The notes under the pieces: model-generated
Seen by the model: only the letters and a program-made list of their open reading frames with translations
Told to the model about the DNA's origin: nothing
Databases searched by the model: none
Part shown: in pieces, positions 62,719-64,000 of the stretch
How the letters are laid out: each line of letters begins with the position of its first letter
Numbering within the stretch: the stretch's first letter is position 1
NCBI RefSeq assembly: GCF_026210795.1
Contig: NC_089435.1
Span: 3,534,001-3,598,000, forward strand
DNA from: Rhizophagus irregularis
Taxonomy: Eukaryota
DNA length: 64,000 bases
Reading direction: 5' to 3'
Made by a program: the position numbers and the translations under genes

Positions 62719-64000
62719 AACACGATAGATACGAGTATCATTTGGTAAATGATAATAAAACTCAAATATAATATTATGAGGCGCAAGAGTCGTAGAATTA
62801 ATATTATTAATGTGCAAGGTGTTTAAATTCGTATCAGATACACCAACATTGTTAATTAAAGTATGTTGATTATTTTCATTATTATTATTAAGAATTTGCA
62901 TTTTTATGCTATTTTAATCCACTTCATAAACTTTATTTAAACTTTTCCTATAAAAATTTCTCCACTTTATGTATTATTGCTATGCCTAATAAAAATATCG
63001 GTCTACGAAAATTTACGTCCTATTGGGCTGAACGATATTATTAGACAGATTTTATTATATAAAATAAATATTATTTTCCATCTCTATTATTGAAAATATT
63101 TAAAATATTATTATTATTATTTTATATAATAAAGCATTAATACATCAAATTTTTCCATGATTTTCTGTAATTCAAAAAGTCGTGATTTTTTAATTTCTTT
63201 AACACAAAATTGATACAGCAGAAGAAGGTATTATTATTATTATTATTAAGAACATTTTTTTATTTATTATAATGTAAAATTTAATTTAGATTAGTTCAAA
63301 CATTTCATTATTTTATTACATTATAATGATTAAATATTTATTTAAATTAATTTTCTATTATAGTAATTATGATAGAATGTTCAAATTTTATTAAATCTTT
63401 TAATATCTTTAAATAAATCAATTTTTTATTATGATAATTATGATAGAAACTAAATTTTTGGTCAATTATAATTAAATTTTATAAATTTTTTATTTAAAAA
63501 AATCAACTAAAATTATATTTTAACATATTCCAAAAAAGTACTTTTTTAATGAAGAGAGGGCAAAGGAATTTGTAATTTGATCGTCATTAAACAATTAAAC
63601 AATCGCAAACTTTATTTTTTTTAAAAAAAAATTTTTTTTTTTGCTCTTCTTACTTTTCCAAATTTTAGTCAAAACTAATTTTGGATGATAATATCGAAGT
63701 TGGTGAAGATCCAAATGAATAATATTTTGCGCGTATATGATTATACCGCCGTTCTCCTTTAAGATTAAGGCGAACTTTGGCTTTCAATAAAAAGAATGAT
63801 AATCATGATGTCTTGTCTCACATAAAAATTGTCAAATATTTCACCAAAAACTTTTCAAATTTTTCCACAATATTAAAGTTATATACCAATTTTTTTTATT
63901 ATATTAAAATTTTTGTTATCTAGATATATTTATAGTGGAGTTATTTTATTAAATGAACAAGAAACTTCAGAGTTTTGGTCGTCGCTTCTTCAAGAACTAA

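Overview
Very AT-rich eukaryotic DNA with GT-AG introns and a gene set typical of arbuscular mycorrhizal fungi (Glomeromycota, Rhizophagus-like; this is inferred from gene families, not from a search). Genes: two tyrosine-kinase-like kinases (one fused to about 30 Sel1 repeats), a Sel1-repeat protein, two F-box/LRR-like paralogs, a disrupted RING/TPR gene, an ML-domain lipid-binding protein and a small secreted protein. Repeats: a decayed LINE with a nested Tc1 element, a solo LTR and many MITEs. The standout is the 3.6-kb AT-rich tandem repeat at 36.0-39.6 kb. It reads as 32 three-nucleotide micro-exons plus one single-nucleotide exon, each flanked by an AG acceptor and a GTAAGT donor. Spliced together they join an upstream ATG in frame to the kinase domain (540 aa, 39 exons), and nearly any skipping pattern stays in frame and stop-free. 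A second notable feature is a 35-bp micro-inversion that interrupts the TPR gene and restores a clean reading frame when flipped. All gene models were read by eye and lack transcript support.
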